DNA of 64,000 nt, from IMG/VR virus record IMGVR_UViG_3300042907_001080, positions 1-64,000 of that record, one strand, 5' to 3'. This document shows positions 1 through 8,666 of the stretch, one piece after another (positions within the stretch are counted from its first letter, which is position 1; each line of letters starts with the position of its first letter). The notes under the pieces are model-generated. The model did not search any database and was not told where the DNA came from. It saw only the letters and a program-made list of their open reading frames with translations. The position numbers and the translations under genes were made by a program.

Positions 1-330
1 CCAGAGCAGATCCCCATGATCGTAGCCGAAGCTGAATTCGCTGCCCACGCCGCAGCTGATCAATACTTTCGCCAAGAGCTGGGCGGCAGGGATCAATTCG
101 CATGCGGCTTTGCCTGGGTGAAGATCTACGGTGTCAAGGGCAACACCAAGTTGGGCCGGGCCTTGAAGGCCGCCGGGATCCGTCCTTCATACTCAGGCGG
201 CTTAGAGATGTGGAATCCATCCAAGTTTGGATGCCAGAACGTGGACACGCTGGAAGCAGGTGCTAGAGCAGCAGCCGGTGTGTTTGAGAAGTATGGCTTT
301 GAGGCCTATGCGGGAAGTAGGTTGGATTAA
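1..330 (+). CDS. hypothetical phage protein, probably 5'-truncated by the window edge
   Basis: Frame is open from base 1 (CCA GAG CAG ATC CCC) into the ATG at 16; protein-like composition, ends ...AGSRLD. Confidence 0.7.
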   Translation, partial: PEQIPMIVAEAEFAAHAAADQYFRQELGGRDQFACGFAWVKIYGVKGNTKLGRALKAAGIRPSYSGGLEMWNPSKFGCQNVDTLEAGARAAAGVFEKYGFEAYAGSRLD

Positions 331-339
331 CCCTAGTGG

Positions 340-368
340 TTGACAGGTTATCCAAAAGACGCTATAAT
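340..368 (+). promoter_or_regulatory. consensus sigma70-type (early) promoter
   Basis: TTGACA(340-345)-17 nt-TATAAT(363-368); SD-like AAGGA before ATG at 400. Confidence 0.9.
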
Positions 369-399
369 TAACACATACACAAACACACAAGGAAACACA

Positions 400-585
400 A
401 TGACAACTAATCAAGCAATGTTCGTATTCATCGCAGGACTCTTGCTCACCCTGGGTGCAGTAGGTGGTGTAGAGGCCAGCGTAGATGCAGAGCAACTCAC
501 AGGTTCATTGTTGTTGGCAGTGTTGGGCCTCCTAGGCATGTATGCGGGCACATTGGGTTTCCGTAACGCACACTACTTCGACTAA
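400..585 (+). CDS. small membrane protein (two hydrophobic segments)
   Basis: Start moved to ATG 400 (downstream of promoter and SD); MTTNQAMFVFIAGLLLTLGAVGG...LLLAVLGLLGMYAG. Confidence 0.7.
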   Translation: MTTNQAMFVFIAGLLLTLGAVGGVEASVDAEQLTGSLLLAVLGLLGMYAGTLGFRNAHYFD

Positions 586-586
586 C

Positions 587-901
587 ATGGAAGCACTGAG
601 AGAGATCACAGGGGGCCAGTTCCCCGCCCACATATACCTTGTAGATGGCACGAATCTAGTATCGTATATCAAACAGGGCGAAACCGAAGCCTTCTACTTC
701 AAGAATCCCATCAAAGGATTTGACAAGAGAGGCCGTAAGTTTGAACCAGTAAAACCCAATCCATTCACAACGAAGAAAGCATCAAATGCAAAAACAGTCA
801 TTGGTAGTAGTGGGCAAGTATACACAGTCACTGAAGACTCGTGTAGCTGTCCCGGCTTCACGTATAGAGGTTCCTGCAAACACTTGGGCCAACATGATTG
901 A
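587..901 (+). CDS. SWIM-type zinc-finger protein
   Basis: C-terminal CSCPGFTYRGSCKH (CxC...CxH); ATG at 587 directly after upstream stop. Confidence 0.7.
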   Translation: MEALREITGGQFPAHIYLVDGTNLVSYIKQGETEAFYFKNPIKGFDKRGRKFEPVKPNPFTTKKASNAKTVIGSSGQVYTVTEDSCSCPGFTYRGSCKHLGQHD

Positions 902-919
902 ATACCTGCGAGGTGTAGC

Positions 920-1144
920 ATGATCCGGCTAGAAGGCTTATCCAAACAAGACGTGCAGATCTGCACACTGTTGTGGAACTGTGACACAGTAGAAGCAGTA
1001 GAGGTATTGGTCAACGCCATGCCCGCCGCATATAAACAACGTGCTGTGACCATGCGTGAGCTAATGACAGCAGCACAACTAGATACCATAGAGGACATTG
1101 ATGAAGATATCACTGCTTATCTGCAGCATATTAGTAGCCGCTAG
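920..1144 (+). CDS. hypothetical protein
   Basis: ORF with GAGG SD, co-oriented with neighbours. Confidence 0.65.
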   Translation: MIRLEGLSKQDVQICTLLWNCDTVEAVEVLVNAMPAAYKQRAVTMRELMTAAQLDTIEDIDEDITAYLQHISSR

Positions 1145-1313
1145 CACAGTAACGGGCTGCGCTACACACGATCGCAGGGATGCGCCTTGGGATCCCAATC
1201 TGAGGAGGGGTCAGAGCCTGTTCGATCAGATCCCCAATTGGGAAGGTTCAGCTCAGAAGATATGTTGCGGACATCTTCGAAGCTGCGGTCCGGGACAATC
1301 GCCGAGGTGTTGA
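1101..1313 (+). CDS. putative small lipoprotein
   Basis: SD GAGGA at 1091-1095, ATG 1101; MKISLLICSILVAASTVTGC = basic N-terminus, hydrophobic core, lipobox-like VTGC; overlaps upstream ORF by 44 nt. Confidence 0.5.
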   Translation: MKISLLICSILVAASTVTGCATHDRRDAPWDPNLRRGQSLFDQIPNWEGSAQKICCGHLRSCGPGQSPRC

Positions 1314-1470
1314 GAGGTCAGGTGGTGGTCATGGTGGGGTGGCCGGTTATGCATGTAGTGTTGTATAATAGCAACAGTAGTGGTAGCAAATCACCACCCT
1401 GAAATGATAAGTAACTCACCCAAATTTTTTACGCAGCTGGTTTTTTTCAACTTCAAACTCTTTTTCTACT

Positions 1471-1740
1471 ATGAATCATTCCTTACAACACAGAGACCTT
1501 GCAGGCCATCATCTCTCACCCGGAGATCATTGCCTAGTCACTGAACACAATAGAATCATCCTAGCCCGTGTCTTAAAACTCTATGATGCCAGCAATCAAC
1601 TACAGTTACAGCCATTATCCAGTGATGCAGGTGGCCGTAGAAGCCGACCCAGTCAAAAACCCATTAGGCGAGAGTGCTACAATGTGTATAAGATTGCTGA
1701 TACAGAGATCACCATGAGCATACTACGAGGGGCCATTTAA
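1471..1740 (+). CDS. hypothetical protein
   Basis: 89-aa ORF filling the space between two intergenic motifs. Confidence 0.65.
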   Translation: MNHSLQHRDLAGHHLSPGDHCLVTEHNRIILARVLKLYDASNQLQLQPLSSDAGGRRSRPSQKPIRRECYNVYKIADTEITMSILRGAI

Positions 1741-1795
1741 AAAACTGCGCAGGATTTTTTTAGGTGCATAGACCCATTTCAGCTGTAAATACAAG

Positions 1796-1990
1796 ATGCC
1801 TAACATCTATCACTTTCTATCACTGTCACCCGCTCCCTTGTTCTTTCTAGGGTTTATATACAGCATCTTCAATCCCATGCACATATGCAGTTCTTGGCCC
1901 TATGAAATGGCAGTGATGTGGTTTGTGATGTTTCTAGCACACCTAACACCGTGGCTCATATGGTTCAAGCAGCGCAACTTTACCAGGTAA
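1796..1990 (+). CDS. small membrane protein
   Basis: Two hydrophobic segments; TAAATA at 1786-1791, 4 nt before ATG. Confidence 0.65.
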   Translation: MPNIYHFLSLSPAPLFFLGFIYSIFNPMHICSSWPYEMAVMWFVMFLAHLTPWLIWFKQRNFTR

Positions 1991-2201
1991 ACTAAAGCAG
2001 CAGTGATATGCACCTTGTATGACTGCCCATGATTCCCAGTAGTATATTGACAGTATGTCCGGTCTATCTTGGGGACACCATACTAGATCGTGTATGCGTA
2101 TCACACCCATGGGACCTTGTATTTCCACTGTGGTGTTGTATTCACCTGTGCTGGCAATCAGAGTTAGCATATGTGTATATAGCTGGTCACGTAAATAACT
2201 C

Positions 2202-2321
2202 ATGCGCTATAATTTGATATTGCCCAGTGGTGCGATTATTTCATTTAATCTGCTGAGCTGTGCTGAAATATATCGTCGTGCTTTGGGCGGGCACATAGAG
2301 CAGGTAGAGCCCAAAACATAG
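2202..2321 (+). CDS. small hypothetical protein (39 aa, absent from ORF track)
   Basis: MRYNLILPSGAIISFNLLSCAEIYRRALGGHIEQVEPKT*; TAAATA at 2192-2197 sits 4 nt before ATG, the spacing seen for many genes here. Confidence 0.55.
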   Translation: MRYNLILPSGAIISFNLLSCAEIYRRALGGHIEQVEPKT

Positions 2322-2436
2322 ACTGTAAAAAATCTTGCGCTGTGTGCTTTGCACAAAAAAAATTTTGCGCTGCGCTTCGCAAGGAATAATCTCCACCTTG
2401 ATCCCTATGGATAATTAAGCGTAGCAAGGATCGTTA

Positions 2437-3045
2437 ATGGAAATTTTAAATTTATTCCCCACAGCAGTTTTACAAGATAATCTAGGCAAAGATTTCACTG
2501 ATGCTGAGCAGGCATCGTTTTCTAAACTTCAGTCCCAAACAAGAGGCAATGCTGAAAACACCACCAGCATTAGTTCTGAAATTTTAGAACGTCCTGAATT
2601 TGCAGCGTTAAAACAGTTTTGTTTAGACAAGACCAAGTTCTACATGAAAAACATCCTTGCTGTGCCGGATACTGTGGAACCTTACATCACACTGAGCTGG
2701 TTGAATTTTACCAACAAAGGTCAACAGCACCATAGGCATGCTCACAGCAACAGCATTTTGAGCGGAGTGTTTTATATCCATGCCAAAAAAGACATGGACA
2801 AGATTCATTTTTTCAAAGATCGATACGTGGCCATTGACCTAGGATCAACTAGTTATAATCCGTTTAATTCAGAAACTTGGTGGGTTCCTGTGGGCACAGG
2901 AGACATTGTTATATTCCCGTCGTCGTTGTGTCACGGTGTTATACCAACAAACAACGATCACACTCGCGTCAGTCTAGCATTTAATGTGTTTGTTCGAGGG
3001 GAGATTGGCAGTAGAAGCGATCTAAAATGGTTGAATATCAAATGA
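2437..3045 (+). CDS. putative 2OG-Fe(II) oxygenase (TIGR02466 / 2OG-FeII_Oxy_5-like)
   Basis: HHRHAHSNSILSGVFY, IVIFPSSLCHGV, RVSLAFN. Confidence 0.8.
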   Translation: MEILNLFPTAVLQDNLGKDFTDAEQASFSKLQSQTRGNAENTTSISSEILERPEFAALKQFCLDKTKFYMKNILAVPDTVEPYITLSWLNFTNKGQQHHRHAHSNSILSGVFYIHAKKDMDKIHFFKDRYVAIDLGSTSYNPFNSETWWVPVGTGDIVIFPSSLCHGVIPTNNDHTRVSLAFNVFVRGEIGSRSDLKWLNIK

Positions 3046-3079
3046 CCTGTATAGTTGATTCTAGAAGATAAATATCTGT

Positions 3080-3289
3080 ATGAGCGAACAATTCCTATTA
3101 CCCATGGCCCGCAACATGATTACCGGGCAAACTGTGAAAAATCAAGATCTCACTGGCGACAGATTCACGCAGCGTCAACGTGTGTTAGCCGAAGACATGG
3201 CTGCGCAGTTGGCGCAACGAATGACAGCTAGAACCGGTGAAACGTGGCAGGGCTTTGTAAAACTGTATACCCCATCAGTTCGCAGTTGA
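3080..3289 (+). CDS. hypothetical protein
   Basis: TAAATA 3069-3074, 5 nt before ATG. Confidence 0.7.
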   Translation: MSEQFLLPMARNMITGQTVKNQDLTGDRFTQRQRVLAEDMAAQLAQRMTARTGETWQGFVKLYTPSVRS

Positions 3290-3727
3290 TTATCTGTAGA
3301 GATAGTTCACTGTATCAGCGTTTTCTCTAAAAACTTCTGCACCGTTTTTCAAGTGGAATCTACGAGCCATTTCAGTCTTGGGACTCAGAGTCACATAGGT
3401 ATTGATCTCAGGCTGCTCACGTTGGATTTCCCGCTGTGCTTCTTGAATCAATCTACGCCCTGCACCTGCAGCATATGACCATATGGTATAGAACACAGCA
3501 GTATTGGTGTTTACTGCAAGATCTGCTAGATCATCGACATCCTGCGGAATCTCACTGAGAAACTTCACACAGGTCACTGCTAGGGGTTGTTGTGTTTGAT
3601 CATCCCTCAGCACAAAAATTCGAGAATTGTTGTTGACTCGAAACTCTGCAGGCAGTTCGGGTCTTACTGGATCGTCTTTGATTAGATCAAGCAGGTTATC
3701 TCTAAGGTCTGTGATGATGTGTAGCAT
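3290..3727 (-). CDS. GNAT-like (acetyltransferase-fold) protein
   Basis: FYTIWSYAAGAGRRLI resembles GNAT motif A; ARRFHLKNG resembles motif B (A..FY.K.GF). Confidence 0.5.
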   Translation of the reverse strand: MLHIITDLRDNLLDLIKDDPVRPELPAEFRVNNNSRIFVLRDDQTQQPLAVTCVKFLSEIPQDVDDLADLAVNTNTAVFYTIWSYAAGAGRRLIQEAQREIQREQPEINTYVTLSPKTEMARRFHLKNGAEVFRENADTVNYLYR

Positions 3728-3799
3728 GATGGGTGGTTCCTATTATATGCGTATTTATTGATATCGGTGTGATTTGGCGGTTTTTGTCAAAATCACATG

Positions 3800-3828
3800 T
3801 TGACTGTTAGTATATTATACAGTATAAT
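3800..3828 (+). promoter_or_regulatory. sigma70-type promoter
   Basis: TTGACT-17 nt-TATAAT; SD AGGAG at 3849-3853. Confidence 0.85.
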
Positions 3829-3859
3829 TAAATATACAGCAACCACAAAGGAGTTCAAA

Positions 3860-4558
3860 ATGTTCGGAACAAATTACACAGGCGGGGACGTATTAAGTTA
3901 CCGCTCAGCAGAACAAGTCAACGCAGCCATGGGCCGTGTCTACGGACACATGAGTCTAGCAGTCATAGTATCAATGTTGGTGAGTTTTTGGGTGGGCACC
4001 ACACCTGAGCTGCTGCAATTCTTCTTCACAGGTGTGCTAAAATGGATCGTGATCTTTGCACCCCTGGCCGCCATATTTGGCGTCAGCTATGTGCTAGGTA
4101 ACAATCCCAGCAAAGGTGTAGCGCAGTTATGCCTACATGGTTTTGCGGCCTTGATGGGCTTGAGCTTTGCAATGATTTTTGCAGTGTTTACCATGGGCAG
4201 CATTGTTAGTGCATTCATGGGAGCAGCCGTCTTGTTTGCCGTGATGAGCGGATATGGATACTTTACCAAACAGAATCTAGACAGCATGGGCAAGTTCATG
4301 TTTGTGGGTTTGATAGCCATCATCATTGCCAGCATTGTTAATATCTTTATTGGTAGCACAGTCATGCAGATGGTGATCTCAGCATTGGCAATTGTCATCT
4401 TCCTTGGACTAACTGCCTACGACACACAAAAGATACGTGAAATGGTTTCAGTGGATACCAGTGATGCGGTAGAAGTATCGGGTGCATTGACCCTTTACAT
4501 GGACTTTATCAACCTGTTCCTAAATCTCTTGCAGTTGTTCGGCGATAGAAAAGACTAG
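3860..4558 (+). CDS. Bax inhibitor-1/YccA (TMBIM) family membrane protein
   Basis: About seven hydrophobic helices; VYGHM, TAYDTQKI, ALTLYMDFINLFLNLL signature; start moved to ATG 3860. Confidence 0.9.
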   Translation: MFGTNYTGGDVLSYRSAEQVNAAMGRVYGHMSLAVIVSMLVSFWVGTTPELLQFFFTGVLKWIVIFAPLAAIFGVSYVLGNNPSKGVAQLCLHGFAALMGLSFAMIFAVFTMGSIVSAFMGAAVLFAVMSGYGYFTKQNLDSMGKFMFVGLIAIIIASIVNIFIGSTVMQMVISALAIVIFLGLTAYDTQKIREMVSVDTSDAVEVSGALTLYMDFINLFLNLLQLFGDRKD

Positions 4559-4812
4559 TCCAGCCTGTGCCAATCGGGCCACGTTGAACGCCATATCAGA
4601 GCAAACTGGGTCAACATCGACCCAGTTTCAAAAACCACAGTAATGATATTATGTTGTCTGGTTTCTGTAAATCTAATCCAAGGATAACAGCGCCGTATAG
4701 ATCTCAATCCTGACCTGATTCTCTTGATCCTACTCCACCGTCGATGAGGCAAGATCAAGTCCGTGGTTCTAGGATTGAAAACTATTGATACTGAGTCCAA
4801 AATTGTATCCAA
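4555..4812 (-). CDS. hypothetical protein
   Basis: ORF track; start uncertain; converges on the YccA stop. Confidence 0.45.
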   Translation of the reverse strand: MDTILDSVSIVFNPRTTDLILPHRRWSRIKRIRSGLRSIRRCYPWIRFTETRQHNIITVVFETGSMLTQFALIWRSTWPDWHRLD

Positions 4813-4979
4813 AAATACATGCCGATGACTATCACAGCAAACTCTATACGCTCACGCCAATATCCTCTAGGACGCTGTGATTTTTCTACTGTCGCAGGTT
4901 GAGGTTCTGGACGTTGCTGCGCCAGCTTTAAGGGCTGGCTCTTAGTCCAAGGCGGTCTAGGTTTATCTGGAAAAATCAT
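4782..4979 (-). CDS. small protein with C-terminal membrane segment
   Basis: ATGA-coupled to upstream gene; IEFAVIVIGMYFWIQFW. Confidence 0.55.
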   Translation of the reverse strand: MIFPDKPRPPWTKSQPLKLAQQRPEPQPATVEKSQRPRGYWRERIEFAVIVIGMYFWIQFWTQYQ

Positions 4980-5839
4980 TTCCCGGGAGCGATACGATTA
5001 GCAATGCGCTTCTGTGTACCGTCTACTTTTTCTCTGAGATTAATAACTTCGTCTCGGAGTTCATTGCCGTGATCCTGGCATTCTTGTAGATGATCACCTA
5101 GGCTGTCTGCTAGTCCTGCTAGAGCACGGATTTCTAACTTGTTGATTTCTGCTGCTTTGAGTAGAATATCGGTTTCAGTTTCCGATGCGGTTACACGCTC
5201 TGCATTACCGTCTGCGGTAGATGCCTTCATCGTGCGATCTAGTTCGCCATCAAACCAGACTGCATTCTCGTTGCTGATGTCATCACAGTGTTCTACCATC
5301 AGCTCGTTGACAGCATAGAAACGCTCTGACACATCTCCAATAGCACGGATAGCTGCTGCCATTTCTTTGATGATCTCTACCATTTCTTGATTGACATGAT
5401 TACGATGATGTAGATAATCCAGTTTAGTTTTGGTAATCATCGAATCCTGGAACAATGCCTGTTGTGGATTCTGTGGTTGTAGCTGTGTCAACATCATCAT
5501 GCGATTACGATAGACATCGTCTGTGGTACGCATAATCAGCTCACGATTGCCGCCAGCATTGATGGTATAGCTCTGCATAGCATCAGTAACATTTTCTTCG
5601 ACAATCGATCGTGCTACTTGTACCTGGGCTACATTGAACTGTACCAGAGCTTCTGAATCCCAGGCACGTCGAGTATTACGAGCAACCAGTTCTTGCTGTC
5701 TGCGGATCTGATCAGGATCCTGAGAACGGCTTTCGCGCTCTATACGTAGGAATTTTAGTTCTTCTTGCAGCTCACGAATCGTGTCGTGATCCGTTTTGTT
5801 TTCTACAGGGGCTGCTTCCTGCTTTTTGATTCTGGCCAT
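4976..5839 (-). CDS. alpha-helical/coiled-coil protein of unknown function
   Basis: 287 aa, heptad-like E/Q/R/L pattern; SD AAGGAG and TAAATA (5895-5900, minus) upstream. Confidence 0.75.
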   Translation of the reverse strand: MARIKKQEAAPVENKTDHDTIRELQEELKFLRIERESRSQDPDQIRRQQELVARNTRRAWDSEALVQFNVAQVQVARSIVEENVTDAMQSYTINAGGNRELIMRTTDDVYRNRMMMLTQLQPQNPQQALFQDSMITKTKLDYLHHRNHVNQEMVEIIKEMAAAIRAIGDVSERFYAVNELMVEHCDDISNENAVWFDGELDRTMKASTADGNAERVTASETETDILLKAAEINKLEIRALAGLADSLGDHLQECQDHGNELRDEVINLREKVDGTQKRIANRIAPGK

Positions 5840-5897
5840 CTAAATCTCCTTTGGGTTGATTTAGGCCTAGCTCAGATCGCCTCACACGCAGGGATAT

Positions 5898-6608
5898 TTA
5901 GTCGAGTATATTAGTCTGCTGTTCTAAACTGAGTTCTTGATCTTCCAATTCACGGATCTTGTCTGTGATTTGATCTATCAGTCCTAGATTGCGCAGGATC
6001 TTAAACACCACATTTTCCACCGAGTATTCCCCAGCACGATCAAGCCCAGCTCGGCGCATGGTAGTAATCTTGTCTTTGACGGTTCTCAGCTTGTCGAGAT
6101 CTTTTGACAGCAGAGCCTGTTCTATCTGCGAGAGCATGCTGTCTTTTTTAGCTTCCACTGCTTGATCGTCTAGATCAGGTTCTGTCTTCTGAGGCTTGAG
6201 AATCCATGTGTTATTGACCACGCTGTAGACACCTGTGCTGTGATGTGTTTCTGATTCACCTTGCACATAACATTCCACAGGCAGGCCTTTGACAGTGATA
6301 TCATGGTATTCTGCCCACAGTGCCTTTTTTGCTGAAAACAGCTCTCTTTGTGCATCTGAGACTTCACCTTCAATGATCACATGTAGATCAAGGTCGCTGT
6401 ATTTGCTCCAGGTATAATTGGCATTTGATCCAGTTATGGTGTAGTCTTTGACATCTAGATCTACACCCACAAAATCCACAAATGCACGAGCAATCTGCAA
6501 GAGTTTAAGACGAACTTCACCGTCCAGTCTCCCGCCTTGCCATAGCTTGGGATTCAGCTCTGAGTTTACCGTGACAAAATCTGTTTGGGAAAATTCTCGC
6601 AGTCGCAT
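5898..6608 (-). CDS. Pol-beta superfamily nucleotidyltransferase
   Basis: ITGSNANYTWSKYSDLDLHV = hG[S]x9-13 DhD motif; third acidic residue in PVECY; C-terminal helical region. Confidence 0.8.
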   Translation of the reverse strand: MRLREFSQTDFVTVNSELNPKLWQGGRLDGEVRLKLLQIARAFVDFVGVDLDVKDYTITGSNANYTWSKYSDLDLHVIIEGEVSDAQRELFSAKKALWAEYHDITVKGLPVECYVQGESETHHSTGVYSVVNNTWILKPQKTEPDLDDQAVEAKKDSMLSQIEQALLSKDLDKLRTVKDKITTMRRAGLDRAGEYSVENVVFKILRNLGLIDQITDKIRELEDQELSLEQQTNILD

Positions 6609-6609
6609 A

Positions 6610-6969
6610 TCAAACTCCGTAGCGATTACGTTTAACCACAGCTACTGTGCTCTGTGTATTAACATTGTTTGTTTCTTCTGAGCCTTTACCAGTGACTTCT
6701 TGACTAGGTGCACCCATTAGTTTTTCGGCGCTGCGTCGAATTGCTGCGTCGCCTTCTGAATAGTCCACCGTGATAAAGTTACTGCCTAGAGGACCTTCCT
6801 GATCCATCGTGGATCCTGGACTGCCAGCCATAGCCACACCCATTCTATAGGCTAGATAGGGATTATTATTGTTGTCTAGATATGTGTTTTTACGGAGACT
6901 GCTGATACTAGCCTTAGCACTTTTACGTAAGGGTTTTGTAGTCTCATTGATAAACTCTTTTGCTCGCAT
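6610..6969 (-). CDS. hypothetical protein, possible internal head protein
   Basis: N-terminus MRAKEFINE resembles T4 capsid-targeting sequences; TAAATA 4 nt before ATG. Confidence 0.6.
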   Translation of the reverse strand: MRAKEFINETTKPLRKSAKASISSLRKNTYLDNNNNPYLAYRMGVAMAGSPGSTMDQEGPLGSNFITVDYSEGDAAIRRSAEKLMGAPSQEVTGKGSEETNNVNTQSTVAVVKRNRYGV

Positions 6970-6972
6970 CCA

Positions 6973-7212
6973 TTATTTAGCCCACATTAAGTGATAAGCT
7001 AATAGTGTTTGCTGATCGTAGAATTCTGCTACGAGCTTGAAATCGTCGTTGAGTTTATCTACAACTAACTGACATTTTTCTTTGGGCTGTTTATTGATCC
7101 AATTTATTAGATCTACTCCTACAGTTTTATGTACTTTGGGCCAGTCTACTTCTATTATATCTTTACCGTTGCGTGTGTGCCAATGATAAAGTTCAAACCT
7201 ACTACTCTTCAT
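6973..7212 (-). CDS. hypothetical protein
   Basis: 79-aa ORF overlapping helicase stop. Confidence 0.6.
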   Translation of the reverse strand: MKSSRFELYHWHTRNGKDIIEVDWPKVHKTVGVDLINWINKQPKEKCQLVVDKLNDDFKLVAEFYDQQTLLAYHLMWAK

Positions 7213-8659
7213 CTGTGTTCATGCTGTTTAATATTTCACGTAGTTTGGTGCTTTCTACCTGTGCTCGCACCTTGGGTTTATCTAGGCTGAATCCGTCTTT
7301 GGGTTCAGCACGTTCCCAACTAGGTTTGCTGTCACCGGGCTCTTCACGTGAAGTAAGTTCGGTCTTGCGTTTGATCTGTTCAATAATGCTGGATCCACCG
7401 CGTCCTGCGCCGTTGTGACTTTCTTGTTCATCTTCTGGAAGATCACTGATTCGCAGACTTTCAAGATTAAACTCTAGATCAATCTTCATGCCCACGCCAC
7501 TCGATGAGCGTGTCTTCATTAACTGTATTTGATAACGACCACGCTCACGCATGGCACGGCTTGTAAAGATACCAAACACGTTATCCGCAGTTTGAATCTT
7601 TGACAAACCGCCTGAAATGTGACTGTGATCAAATTCAACTTCTTCAACAGCGCCTCGATTCAACTGTGCCGCGGTGACAAATACACAGTTCTTTTCTACT
7701 GCTAGGTTACGAAGTTCTTCTGACACATACTTGTCTTTGATAAACAAGTCTGCTGGACTAATTTTCTTGCTCACTGGCATCAACAAGTCCAAATAATCAA
7801 CCAACAGCACATCGACTTTCTTGCCTACTTTGATTTCATATTCTTTCAAATATGCACGAATGTCGTTGGCAGTCTTGCCGCTAGGCATGTATTTGATCTG
7901 CAACATACCTGACTTCTTGCCAATCATTTTAACTTTCATTTCAACATCATCTAGCTCTTTGAAAATATCCTTGGTTGACGTTCCGGTGATCATTGCATCA
8001 ATACGCATACTAACTAGTGCTTCTGAAAGTTCAAGAGTTAGGTATACCACATTTAATCCTGCCAATGCCCAGTTCACGCCTAGATTAGCCAAGAATAAGG
8101 ATTTACCTGCACCTGACCCGCCTGCAAAGATGTTCAACTCTCCTCGATTCATTCCGCCAAACAGTTTACGATCCATACAGGGCCATCCTGTGCTCACTTG
8201 ACCGTTTTTGTCTTTGATGCCCATCAATCTTCCACGGGGATCAGCAAAATAGTCTGTGCCCATGTCTCGAGCAAGACCAATCTGCACAGCTTCTTTGATC
8301 AATACTTCTACTGCTCCGTAGTCATGTTTTTCTAATAAATCAGCACTTTCAATAATAGCACGTTCTAATGCCTTGTGTTGAGTGAACTTTTCGAATTCGT
8401 CCATGAACCAATCCATATGACCATCTTTGAGATCGTCGGGTCGTTTAAGTTCAGTTCTACAGGTGGCATTGACCATTTCATAGTCTGGCAATACATTATA
8501 GCCCTTGGCATATTCATTTATGAATTCTGCTGCATCTTGTAGTTTGCGATCAAACAGGCTGTGATCAAAAATACCTTGACATCGAACAAATACTTCTGCA
8601 TCTGCCAGCATGAGTTCAAGATATAATTTTTGCACTTCGTAATCGTATGTTTTTATCAT
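7202..8659 (-). CDS. replicative DNA helicase (T4 gp41/DnaB family)
   Basis: Walker A AGGSGAGKS, TLELSE, Walker B LLVDYLDL, TAAQLNR, MKTR. Confidence 0.92.
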   Translation of the reverse strand: MIKTYDYEVQKLYLELMLADAEVFVRCQGIFDHSLFDRKLQDAAEFINEYAKGYNVLPDYEMVNATCRTELKRPDDLKDGHMDWFMDEFEKFTQHKALERAIIESADLLEKHDYGAVEVLIKEAVQIGLARDMGTDYFADPRGRLMGIKDKNGQVSTGWPCMDRKLFGGMNRGELNIFAGGSGAGKSLFLANLGVNWALAGLNVVYLTLELSEALVSMRIDAMITGTSTKDIFKELDDVEMKVKMIGKKSGMLQIKYMPSGKTANDIRAYLKEYEIKVGKKVDVLLVDYLDLLMPVSKKISPADLFIKDKYVSEELRNLAVEKNCVFVTAAQLNRGAVEEVEFDHSHISGGLSKIQTADNVFGIFTSRAMRERGRYQIQLMKTRSSSGVGMKIDLEFNLESLRISDLPEDEQESHNGAGRGGSSIIEQIKRKTELTSREEPGDSKPSWERAEPKDGFSLDKPKVRAQVESTKLREILNSMNTDEE

Positions 8660-8666
8660 ATATTAT

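Larger units (their letters stand above)
1422..2380. repeat. dispersed intergenic motif A-tract-T(C/T)(C/T)TGCGC(A/T)G, 3 good copies plus 1 degenerate
   Basis: 1745-1761 (minus, AAAAAAATCCTGCGCAG), 2327-2342 (AAAAAATCTTGCGCTG), 2355-2372 (AAAAAAAATTTTGCGCTG), degenerate 1422-1436 (AAATTTTTTACGCAG). Confidence 0.5.

Noticed and set aside
1318-1402. Possible structured ncRNA (TCAGGTGGTGGT pairs with ATCACCACCCTGA; inner TGTTG/CAACA hairpin around TATAAT; G-rich tract)
   Set aside because: Only about 12 imperfect base pairs in low-complexity GGT repeats, and no covariation data; could be chance
1943-2427. ORFs 1943-2203 (-), 2029-2217 (+) and 2245-2427 (-)
   Set aside because: Mutually overlapping, no recognisable motifs, and they conflict with the better-supported 2202-2321 gene; one may still be real
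5898-6608. CBASS/CD-NTase or toxin-antitoxin assignment for the nucleotidyltransferase
   Set aside because: No effector or HEPN-type partner adjacent; only the generic Pol-beta motif is supported
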